A stretch of 64,000 nt of DNA from Antedon mediterranea (Eukaryota; Animalia; Echinodermata), in assembly GCF_964355755.1 (NCBI RefSeq), contig NC_092675.1, positions 8,303,812 to 8,367,811 of the forward strand, given 5' to 3'. Positions 1-12,900 of the stretch are shown here, in pieces. Position 1 is the stretch's first letter, and the number at the start of each line of letters is the position of its first letter. A program made the translations under genes and the position numbers. The notes under the pieces are model-generated. The model saw only the letters and a program-made list of their open reading frames with translations, ran no database searches and was not told the DNA's origin.

Positions 1-189
1 TCTAACAGTACGAACATTCACAGTAAGAAATTCAAATGAGGACTAAAAATAGTTAAAAAATAGGTATTTACAGTATTGTCAAAGTATTGCAAGTTTATTC
101 TCAAAGGGCCCATATCTTTACCTACCGTATGTGTTAAACCAAGGGCTCATAAATTTACCTACTTGTGTTAAACCAAACTCTGGCAGACT

Positions 190-659
190 GAGAGATTGGG
201 ATGTTCCATTCATCGCAAATCAATACATTTGTATAATCATATATTAAATCTATCAAAATAGTATTTTTTAAAGAAAATCGGCCTGTCTTCAACATTATGA
301 TGGTGTACTCTAGCTGTTCAACCGGTTTTCAGCTATTAAAAACAATTATCGTAGGAGGAGATAGGAAAATGCGAAGCCTCCTCGCATTTTTGTGGCGGGT
401 ATTTTTCAAGATGGACATCCATTAGACAGTGTATACCACCATCGGAAAACACCCCTATTTGGGGCAAATCGTTGAACCTAAATTCGTTTTAATCGTCAAT
501 AACTAATTATCTAACTTAATTTAATAAGTAAACAGGGTTACATCAGGTGGTTAAAATCAGTACCGAAAGTACGAACCAACTTTATATACCATCGAGTAAA
601 AATTCTAGAAGTAAGGCGCGATTTACCGAATTTTGCCCTTACGTAAATTTATATATAGA
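190..659 (-). mobile_element. 5' part of a non-autonomous Helitron (same family as 13613-14996)
   Basis: Near-identical reverse complement of 13613-~14080; begins A|TCTATATATAAATTTACG on the - strand; similarity is lost left of ~190. Confidence 0.75.
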
Positions 660-777
660 TACAATTATTGCACATTAACATAGAGTTTTCATTTTTCGTA
701 ATGAAATGTTTTATTTTTTAAATACCACTTAAAACTTACAAACAGCAAAACAATTGTGGTTATCATATTTTCCACAG

Positions 778-909
778 CCTGTGGAACAGGGTATTATGGA
801 TCAACATGTAGTGAACAATGTCACTGTGCTCCTGGTGTGACATGTGATCCAAGCAGAGGCTGTCCAGATGGACCATGTGAGGCTGGATATTCTGGAACAA
901 ACTGTCAAG
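778..909 (+). CDS. RPTP exon: EGF/laminin-EGF-like repeat
   Basis: [43 protein letters not shown]; cag|...|gt, 132 nt, phase 1-1. Confidence 0.85.
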
Positions 910-3900
910 GTTTTAAGACTTATTTTTTTATTGAAGTAAAATGTTATCTGTGATTGAACCATTCTCATTCATTTATGATAAAAAAATTTCAGACAAACTA
1001 TGCTTACCTAATTATAGACTTCAAACATCAACATCAAATATTTGTTATTTATATACAAAAATATTAAATGGACTGGTAGAGTATTTTTTGTGCCTTACCT
1101 GTGTATATACAGACAAAAGCCTTTGTCTACGAAGTGAGAGATGCAATATGGAAAATAACACAATGGCTCATTGGTATATATTCCCACTTAAGTTTGAGCT
1201 TCCCAGACTGTAAATAGAACTTTTAACTAAAAACTTATCTGTTTATCCAGGTAAAGCAGCACTTACAAAGTACCAACACCAATGTTATGTTGTTTAATAA
1301 TTATTGACCATAATTTATTAAAATGAAAGTGATAATTTTGATGTTACTTCAGTTTCTTCATGACATGCACTGAAATTGTGTCTGTTGTTAAATATTTTAT
1401 TTAGTTCCTGACAGTTGCACTAATGGACGGTATGGGGAGCTATGTAAGTACCAGTGTCATTGTGATGATGATGGACCATGTGACAGAAACACAGGAAGCT
1501 GTAGTGATAGAAAATGTAAACATCTTTGGATAGGATCTGATTGCCAACTTGGTAAGCAATGCTGTTATCAATTTCCATTTGAACGTTCAGATTTTGAATA
1601 TTGTTATAAAAGACAAAACCTGTACAATCCTGTTTAAAGACGTATTGTCGCCCTGAAAAAATAAATAATTTTGTTGTTGAATATGCCATTTTAATGTCAC
1701 ATAGGCCTAATAGTTGTCCACTTTGACCAAAAATTGGATAAAAAAAAATTTGTTACCTGAAAAAACGGTAATTTAAAGCAAAAAAACATTCAAATTGGCT
1801 GCAATGGATTTTTGGTTGAATTTAACCATTTATTTACTCATTTTTATACAGAAGTAATTACCTTTATTAAAAATAACCTATTAATTTGATTAAATTAATC
1901 TTTATTTTTCATATTTTTGGGGGACAATGCATCTTTAACAAATTTACAAGATTTAGATATTTTGTAATGTTTTCTTAATTGCTAGTTTGTTTTACAGTTA
2001 CTAAATCTGTGAGATTTGAAAGCCTCTTTTCGGATTTTGGTTTATATTTTTTTTTCAGATGGAAGAACAAAAGTCACATTAGAAGATCCTTCTAGCAACC
2101 GAGGTGTAACATCAGTGACAATCACATGTATTGTCCAGGCTAATCCAATACCTAGTGATGAAGATATCCAAGTATTGCATGGTGATGATATTCTCGAGAA
2201 TGGTGTGTCTACTGCAACAGAATTGAGCTATACAAAGACCATAGTTTTTAGTAATATTACTATTGCAGAAGACGATGTTTTTAAATGTCAGGTGCAATCA
2301 AATATTTCTGGTGATGCACGAACTGAGAAAGTTGTAACAATTTATGGTAATTTTTTGGGATTTCAGGTTTATTTATATTTGATATATTGCTTTTGACTTT
2401 TAAAGACCACAGATAAAGGATAGTGGAAAAAACTCTTGAAATTGTTAATAATAAACCAAACTTTCGTTATACAGTACTTCAGCCTAAACTAAATACAAAT
2501 GACATTTTAATCTATAAATCAAACTTCAAAGTAATCTACAGCTAAACATTTTTTTTTCATTCAATTATTGTTTGAAGTAGATTTTTTTATTATTTGTTTT
2601 TCATATTGGCCAGAAATAAAAAAAAACACATTATTAAAGGTAGTGGCATACATTTTGATAAGCTAGATTCAATTTGTATTAATTATTTTCAGTTTTTAAT
2701 AACACTGTAAAATGTAATAAATAAATAAGTAAATAATGAAATAAATTTTAGAAAGTAAAGTTATTTCAAATAGAGGTTGAACGTTTAATTTAGTATCCAT
2801 TTTTTTTCAACATCAAATTTTGATTTCAGATCGGCCAGTAATGACAGTAAAACCCAGTGTGATAGCGTCAAATTCTACAGTTACAGTATCATGGAACGAA
2901 TGGACAAAATCAGAAAATAATGGAGATGGTCCTGTAATAGGATATTATGTCTGCTATAAACAAACTGGAGAGACCTGGGAATCATGCTCAAATACAGTTA
3001 CAGGGTTGTCAATTGTTTTCAATATTGATGGCGATAATAATGATGGTTTTCAACAGGGAGTAGAATATGAGTTTGGAGTGGCAGCCATACGGCCTGGAAG
3101 CCTAGGAAGTGGTATCATCAGCCCTTTGACACAATTCATTATTCCGTGTCTTCGTAAGTAAAACACCAAAGTTAATTGCATGAAATAAGAAAGTAGTGTA
3201 TTAAGGTTTCGCCATCCTAGTGATCTTTTCAAATGTATAGTTTAAAACCTCCCCAGAACCATTGCGATAATTTTGTAATATGTGTAAAATAAAACAAATT
3301 TGTATAAAGAACAAACATACAAATGCTATCTATAAATTGCCATTTTTATGTTCTTAATTGAAATAATTCAATTTCAAAATCAAGGAAAATTTACCTTTGT
3401 ATTTGTGTTTTTATAGCTCCTGTCATAGTGCCTTCCAATGTTCAAGTTTCTGTAGTTTCTGATAGTGAAATTGAAGTACAGTGGCAGGTAATAAAGCTTT
3501 ATGTGTTTTTTTTTCACATTCAGGACAAACAGTAAGAAGTAGAAGAATTAGTCTCACAGTGACAGCAATTATAGATTAACAATCTATTCTCCAAATAAAT
3601 ATACATTTGTTTCATTTTTTTGCTATGGAGTATAGATAGAAATAGCTAAGAATAAAACCCCTTTTACACCGCCGAGCTTATAACAAACCCGGGTCGTGTC
3701 CGGATAAATTTCCATTTCACACCTGATTCATTAACCCGGGAATGACACGGGTTTCGTGTATTTACACTGCAAAATACCAACCCGTGTAAATGTTCTAGAT
3801 CATTCGAAATATCGCCCTCTCACGCACGAAGAGAGACCCTAGTAACGGTTTGCTCATTATACCTCCTACAATTTTGTTTTATGGCAATACACACAAAAAT

Positions 3901-6900
3901 TGAATCTACTCGTGAAGAATAATATCTTGAAATAAAAATGAATAACAAATAATCATAAGTTTAATTTATTGAATAAGTGAATAAACAAAATCAATCTTAT
4001 CCTAATTTTATGTAAATTAAATACTATAGTGAGCGAGGATAGTAAACAAATGGGTAAAGATACGCTGAGCGTTTTACACCGCAAACACGGGTTCATCCCG
4101 GGTGCGTCCCGGGTTGACTTGACGCTGAATACATTCCGCATCACTTACCCGGGTGATTCAGCGACCCGGGTAACTTTTTACGTCGTTTACACCGGCCTAC
4201 ATTTCCGCATTTTTGCATCCCGGGTACGACTCGGGTTATACAATTCCGGATCAACTCCGCATTTTTACTGGCGGTGTAAATATACATGTTAAATGTGCCT
4301 ACTTTAGATCACAGAAAATTATAATAGGGAAGGTAAACCATCTTGTCAGTCATGTCACAATTCAATCATTGACAATGTTGAAACACGGACACATTAGTTG
4401 TCCATTTTCATCCCTCTTAGTCCAGGAGTATTAGACTTTGAGGTAGAAATAAATATGCTAAAGCTGAATTTTTCAGGATAGGTCCCTAATGTTGTCTGAA
4501 ACAACATACTAAAAGTCCCCGGGTTTCCCCATTGTGCTTCAACTCGATTGGGCCATTTTTCAAAATGGCGGCCATCTTAAAATTATTTACCATATGCTGA
4601 CAACCAGTAGGTGTAAGTAAACAATCTTGGTGTCAAAATACTCAGAAGACCCATATTTATATTCACTGTAATGAAAAAGTTTAACAAAAAATGGTCAGAA
4701 ATGCCTGTTTTGACCTTTGACCCTAAATTTGGATTATCTCAATATCTCATCAATGAATGGCCGTAGAGACTTCAAAGTTGTCCCAAATTATTCAGAATGC
4801 CCAACTTTCTATTCACTTTAATGAAAGAAAAATACCAAATTCCTTTAGAAACCTTCTATTTTGACCTTTGAACTATTGACCTAGACATATTTTAATTTTA
4901 TAGACATCTTGGTGATCGATAGGAGTACACAAGCGAAATTGCTGTCAAAATACTCAGAAGACCCATATTTATATTCATTATAATGGAAAAGTTTTTAAAA
5001 AAATGACCGGAAATGCATGTTTTGAACTTTGACCCTAAATTTGGATTATCTCAATATCTCATCAACGACTGGCCGTAGAGACTTCAAAGTTGTCCCAAAT
5101 TATTCGGAATGCCCAACTTTCTATTCACTTTAATGAAAGAAAAATACCAAATTCCTTTAGAAACCTTCTATTTTGACCTTTGAACCCTTGATATTGATAT
5201 TTTATACCAAAATTGTATAGAAATTTTGGTGATCTGATCGATAGGAATACATAAGGGAATTTGGTGTCAAAATACTCCAAAACACCCATGTTTCTGTTTA
5301 CTCTTATAGAAATAATGTACTAAATGCGATTGAAAGTGTTTTGACCTTTGACCTTAATCATTACATTTTAATGAGAATTAGACCCCATTTACACTTACGA
5401 TTTAGGCCGGCCCTGGGTCGGCCCTGGGTCGGCAATTGATAAGTGTAAATACTCCAAAAAGTTAGGCCGGCCCTGGGCCGGACGCAGATCTGGGCCACCT
5501 CTCCAGGTAGGTTCAGGAGCGGCTTTTACGTTTGGGCCGGCTTACGCAGTGAACCGTGAACAACGTTTGACCTTTTTATGAGGTTGTTGTTATGACGATC
5601 CGACATTCTCAGTACATACCTTCCTCCTTTTCGGGCGACAATTTGTTTTCTTCATTATATATTTAAATTTATTTTCAGACATCTTCTTTCAATAAAGTAT
5701 TCCTCCGCTTGTTTCGCATATACATAAAATATAGCCATATTATATATAAAACAGTGGGGTTCATTTTGTTTTTAATGGGACAAAAAACAACAATACAGTA
5801 CTATAAATATAAAACGGTCGGTTCGCGCGGAGAGTTGAATTGACGATCGAGAGAGAAAAATGTAAACAAACTGTACTTCGTATCCCAGCATGCAATGGTA
5901 CTTCCGATAAAATTATTTACGACCAGTAATCTGCGTCGGTAGTGTAAACGCTCTGGGCCGGCCTAAAAAGTAAATATTTGCAACCGGCCCAGGACCAACC
6001 CAGGACCGGCCCTAGACCCAAACGAAAGTGTAAATGGGGTCTTAGTCTTACTTCGTGCCTAGCTTACCTGTATAAACCGACAATAGCCCGTGCTCTCCAG
6101 AGGGAGGGCTTAGATGCAAAAATTTAAATTTAAGTTGACATAAAGACAGACAGAATCTAACAATTCATCAGTATGGCCATTGCCATGAGAGGTAAAATTC
6201 ATTCCAAATTGCTCAGATGCTAAACAGACAAACCAAGCCCCAATTTTAAGCTATATATATATATGATACATTTTACTGTCTGTTTGGGCTTTAGCCTGTT
6301 TTCACTTCTTTTATTCATTAGTAACCAAACAAATTTTATTATTTATTTATTCTTGAAATAAAGGTTAGAAATTAGTCCTCCAAAAAATGCCACGCCTTCT
6401 CTATATGGATAATGTCCATGTTTAAACTTTGGAGCTATACCAATTCTGAAATGTTCCTCTTCGGCAGTGCCATTTAATATATAGCAGAGACCACTACTGG
6501 TTGATAAGACACACACTTATTGGTAAAATTGTTGTTTTTTTTTCAATTGAGCTGCACTATTAAGTATTACATTTCTTTGTGTATATAGGTCTGGAGTACA
6601 TAATTCATCTTATAACATTTTTTAAATTGTCTAAAACTGCACACTGTACATAGTCACCCACCCAACCATTTATCAAGGTCTCAGTCTAAGTCTCATTTTA
6701 GACTCTAGTCATACCTCCGATTCTAATCTGATATGATGCAATTTAATTTTAAAAGAATTATTGCATTTATCTTTAAGATGTGAACATTTTTCTCTACGGT
6801 ATTTTTTCTAATCAAAATTCTCTAAAAATCGAAAATACTTCAGGACTATAATTATGATGGTTAATAAAATAAGGGCATGAAAATCTGTTGAAGACCATAA

Positions 6901-9900
6901 CAATTCTTTATAATCCATCTTGATAGATTTGTAAGAGTTTCATATTGTATTTTATTATTTAGGTGATTTGTCAAATGACACATTGTGACCCTTTGATACC
7001 TGAAATTATGGCCTCATATCTATATTGATGAATATTATTATTCGTCCATCGGACATTTTTTCTAGGCTGTTTCAGATAAATTTGACATCTCATGGCATGA
7101 TGAATGGTATGATATGTCCATCATGCTATTTGGGACTTAAATTATTAAATTATAATGTAGTGATTAAAGTCAAAGGTAAAAAAACATGGGTGTGGAATAT
7201 TTTGACAACAAATTCGCTTATGTATTCCTATCGATCACCAAGATTTCTATATAATTATGATATAAAATATTGTATTGTCCAGATCAATAGTTCAAATGGC
7301 AAAATAGGTGGTTTCAAAAGGCTTTTAGTATTTTTCTTTAACTACAGTGAATAGAGAGTTGGGCACACTGCTTAATTAAGGACAATTTTGAAGTCTCTAC
7401 GGCCAGCAGTTGATGCGGTATTGAGATAACCCAAATTTAGGATCAAAGTTATAAATTTTGAAACCAATTTCGTATCCTATCGATCACCAAGATGTCTATT
7501 AAAATAAATATGCCTACGTCAATAGTTCAAAGGTCAAAATAGAAGGTTTCTAAAGGTTTTTGGTATTTTTCTTTCATTAAAGTATAAATAGAAAGTTGGG
7601 CATTCCGAATAATTTGGGACAACTTTGAAGTCTCTACGTCAAAGTTCAAAACATGCATTTCCTATCATTTTTTTAAAAACTTTTCCATTATAATGAATAT
7701 AAATATGGGTCTTCTGAGTATTTTGACACCAATTTCGCTTATGTACTCCTATCGATCACCAAGATGTCTATAAAATTAAAATATGCTTAGGTCAATAGTT
7801 CAAAGGTCAGAATAGAATGTTTCTAAAGGAATTTAGTATTTTTCTTTCATTAGAGTGAATAGAAAGTTGGGCAATCTGAATAATTTGGGACAACTTTGAA
7901 CTCTCTACGGCCAGTCGTTGATGAGATATTGAGATAATCCAAATTTATGGTCAAAGGTCAAAACAGGCATTTCCGGTCATTTTTTTAAAAACTTCTCCAT
8001 TACAGTGAATATAAATATTGGTCTTCTGAGTATTTTGACACCAAAATTGTTTACTTACACCTACTGGTTGTCAAAATATGGTAAATAATGTTAAGATGGC
8101 CGCCATTTTGAAAAATGGCCCAATCAGGTTGAAGCACAACGGGGAAACCCGGGGACTTTTAGTATGTTGTTCCAGACAACATTGGGGACCTATCCTGAAA
8201 AATTCAGCTTTAGCATATTTATTTCTACCTTTGGCCCTTTTTTTGTCTAATACTCCTGGACTATCTGCAGATATGTTTTGTATATGCATTTTTTATCCAT
8301 TCACTTTGATCAATTTAAAATGATGGACAGCAAGTGTAATTAAATTGTTATCGACAAAACATGATAGCTGAAGAGTATTAACGATAACATTGAACAGAGG
8401 CACTTAAGTTTTAAATTCCAATTTGCATGCTATCCTTAAATAATTTATAAGCATCACAGCTTTGTTTTATTTCTACTTATTTAGCCAATAAGTATTAGTC
8501 CAGATAGATGTAATTCACTTAGTAAGTATACATTGAGATATACAAATGACAACATATCACATCAAACGAAAACCGTATTAGCAGCAGAAACCATGGAAGT
8601 CGTAAGTTCAATCATCAGTGATCTGGATCCTTGTACTGCATACGATGTCCGTGTTGCAGCTACTAATTCTGCTGGTGATGGACCTTTTTCTGATGTAGTT
8701 CTAATTAAAACAGATTCAGAAGGTAATGTACTATTCTAAAATACAAGTTTTATAAATCAGCAAATGGCAAAACACTGTGGTAATGGAAATCGATTTTGAA
8801 TTCAAGAAAACCTTATTTGTATTTTGCACTAAAAATGTTTTTTTACAATTAACAGTACAATTAATGATATGTAATAATTTTTACCTAAACTTATATATAT
8901 TACTAAACCAAAGTAAGAAGTTTATTCATATTTATTAAACTAGTACTTTCAACCATTTAATCAACATCATAAAAACATATTTGATAAAACATTGTTGTTA
9001 AAATATAGTTACATTTGTTGATTTAATAATGAAGACTGAATTATATTATAGAAGTAAATTTGTGAGGAATTACTTTTCTTTAGCATGATATTAATCTGGC
9101 CTTTTGTGAGGTAAGAGTTCGGTATTCCAATGTAAAATGTTTCTAATACAAAATAGAACAGAAGACAATTTTTAATTTTCATATCTTCATAACATTTTTC
9201 AATTAGTTCCCAATGCTGTCAAAAATCCCAATCTTGAGAGTGGAAACCGATCTATTACTGTAATGTGGGAAGCACCAGATTATGAGCATTGTCAGATTGA
9301 ACACTACAAACTAACATACCAACTTGAAAATCAGGGTTTATGCGGTGAAAATGAAGAAGCTTTTGAAGAAACTAAAACGGTAACAGAACTCAGCCACACC
9401 ATTGATAACCTTGAGCCGTATTCAAGATATATAATTGAAATCAGTGCTGTCACTCATCATCAAAGCAAAGAAGGACCAATAACAACCATCAATGCAACAA
9501 CTAATGAAGGAGGTTTGTAACCACTTTACTTCAACATTTTTAAATAATTGTCTCTGATAATAACAATGACATAGGAGGGAGCTTTCGTTCGCTGACATAT
9601 TATGTATGGTAGTGTAGACTAGGCTATGAATGAGGTAGGTGCCACCCGGAGAGGTAGAAATTCTCATATGACTTTTCTAGACCAGTTTTTTCTGGGGAAT
9701 CCAAATATATTGGGTAAACGGGCTGTAACCTGAGAACTTTCGCGTGAGGGCGCTTTTTTCAAAATGGCTGCCAGTTACAGTAGACTATGATATCTTGGCA
9801 ACCACTGGTCATAGAGAGTTGATTTTGGTGTCAAGTTGTTCGGAATGTACATGTTCCTATTTGATGTAATAGAACATTTTGTCAGAAAATGGCCGGAAAT

Positions 9901-12900
9901 ACCTCTATTGACCTTTGACCCAATATCTAACAGATATCATATCTTCGTAACTACTCGACACAGAAAGTTGTAATTGGTGTCAAACTTTCCAGAATATAGA
10001 TGTTTATATTCAAACTAATAGAACATTATCTGTAAAAATGACCGGAAATAACGTTACTGACCTTTGACCCAAAATGCAAGACATTTCTCCCATCTGATCA
10101 CGTTAATCTTGTCAATTAATTCATTTTGTGCCAATTGGAGGTTGACATTCTCATATTATTTTCTGGACCAGTTTTTCATGTGCAATCCGAATATATGAGA
10201 TAAATAAGCCATAACAAGGCCAAGAATTTAATTCTCTTTTACTACATACATGCTTCCCTTTAGTGTTTCAGACTGTATGTCGTGTATTAATCTTCAAGAT
10301 CGCTCACATCACTGCAATCTGAAAAGTCTTCATATTCATTATGTGTAAACAGTTCCTGGACATCAGTGGGAATCACTGTCTCAATCCATTTAGGCTCCAT
10401 TTGTTCGTTCCATCCATTGTGTGTACTGTTGTTGACAAAATCATTGACGTCTGCTGATTGCCATTCTTTAGTAATGAAGTTTGCTCTAAGTATATGAAAC
10501 TCAAGGGTCTGCTGACATAGTGGCAGTAATGATATATCTGTAATCTTGTTGTGTCTGGAAAACTTTCTGTTGAAGGTATCATATCTTGCTTGATTTACAC
10601 TTTTCCCCTTCACTCCATACAATAGTGAAACATACTCTTCAAATTCCTCATACAACTCTTTTGATGGAACATCTGACACTCCAAGGTTGCAGAATGCGTC
10701 AACAAATTTTGCTTTTGATTCCAGAAGCTTCCAGCAGGTACGTTTTCCTTTCCGAATGAAAGCGGAGTTATAATCGTTACCTGTGAAAGCATGGAATCCA
10801 ATAAGGGATGATTTCTGCGCTTTTGTTAAATCAATGTCACTCAATTTCAGTACCTTTCGGTATTTCCCAGTGTTTGTATCAATAATTACCCTCTGCCCAT
10901 CATCTATGATGAGATAGTGCAATGACTGGAATATCAATGTCTCCAGAATGGGAACGAATTATTGCTACGCCTTGATTGTTATTTGTTAAAGCATGCTTTG
11001 CATGCAGGATGACTTTCGTGTAGGCTTCTTCTTCCGGCTACTATTAAGCTCCGGAACCAATACAACATCTCAGTTAGTAACGTAGATGCATTCTTTGTAC
11101 GATGAAAAGTAGGTAACATCAATCCTCATATCTGTTAGAATGCTTTCTTTCTTTGACACTAGTACACAGCGAATAAGCTCAATCAATCTGGTCTTGTTCT
11201 CGCCGTTGGCAAGGAAATTGTTGAAATCACGGCCAACTTTGATATTGTTGAGCTTACAATTACTTTTGGTGCAATACCGCGTATGTTTCTCTCAACAGAC
11301 TTAATGCTTTTTGGCAGGTATGCATCGGTAACAATATCAACACGCTTGTATCCTTTAGGGATGCTGTTGAAAACCTTTGCTACAAGATCCTCGTACGTAT
11401 CAGGGTAAGATGTAAATGTTCTGATTAATGCCATCAAGTCAACAACATAGGCAATGACAGTAGCCTTTGCTGGCAGTGCCCGACCAGGATCTATAACATC
11501 TGTTGAACTTTCGATGAGAATTTCCATTAGGACACTTTTCTGAGTTGTTCGTCTTGTCCCATCTGCATTAGCAAGGCTTAGCGGGACAGGGGTAAGTGGA
11601 TACTCAAAGGCTTTCTTAAAGTCAATTATTCTACCATGCTTTGTTGAGGTGGCAAGAAGCTTTCCTAAAACATCCCGATTAGCTTATATTACTTTTACTT
11701 TCCCATTTGCCTTGATTTCTAGTTTCTTCCCACTATTCGAAAATAAAGTGAGATGATGTTATGGATCCTGGTCGAGCACTGCGAGAATCAGACGCGGTAT
11801 TGCACCAAAAGTAATTGTAAGCTCAAAAATATCAAAGTTGCCCCGTGATTTCAACAATTTCCTTGCCAACGGCGAGAACAAGACCAGATTGATTGAGCTT
11901 ATTCGCTGTGTACTAGTGTCAAAGAAAGAAAGCATTCTAACAGATATGAGGAGTGATGTTATTTACTTTTCATCGTACAAAGAATGCATCTACGTTACTA
12001 AACTGAGATGTTGTATTGGTTCCGGAGCTTAATAGTAGCCAAGAAGAAGCCGACACGAAACCCATCCTGCATGTAAAGCATGCTTTAACAAATAACAATC
12101 AAGGCGTAGCAATAATTCGTTCCCATTCTGGAGACATTGGCATTCCAGTCATTTCACTATCTCATTTCATAGATGATGGGCAGAGGGTAATTATTGATAC
12201 AAACACTGGGAAATACCGAAATGTACTGAAATTGAGTGACATTGATTTAACAAAAGCGCAGAAATCATCCCTTATTGGATTCCATGCTTTCACAGGTAAC
12301 GAGTATAACTCCGCTTTCGTTCGGAAAGGAAAACGTACCTGCTGGAAGCTTCTGGAATCAAAAGCAACATTTGTTGACACATTCTGCAACCTTGGAGTGT
12401 CAGATGTTCCATCAAAAGAGTTGTATGAGGAACTTGAAGAGTATGTTTCACCATTGTATGGAGTGAAGGGGAAAAGTGTAAATCAAGCAAGATATGATAT
12501 CTTCAACAGAAAGTTTTCCAGACACAACAAGATTACAGATATATCATTACTGCCACTATGTCAGCAGACCCTTGAGTTTAATATACTTAGAGCAAACTTC
12601 ATTACTAAAGAATGGCAATCAGCAGACGTCAATGATTTTGTCAACAACAGTACACACAATGGATGGAACGAACAAATGGAGCCTAAATGGATTGAGACAG
12701 TGATGCCCACTGATGTCCAGGAACTGTTTACACATAATGAATATGAAGACTTTTCAGATTGCAGTGATGTGAGCGATCTTGAAGATTAATACACGACATA
12801 CAGACTGAAACACTAAAGGGAAGCATGTATGTAGTAAAAGAATTAAATTCTTGGCCTTGTTATGGCTTATTTATCTCATATATTCGGATTGCACATGAAA

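Noticed and set aside
10287-12789. Pair of divergent functional nuclease genes
   Set aside because: Both are 5'-truncated, frameshifted mirror copies inside a TSD-flanked transposon.
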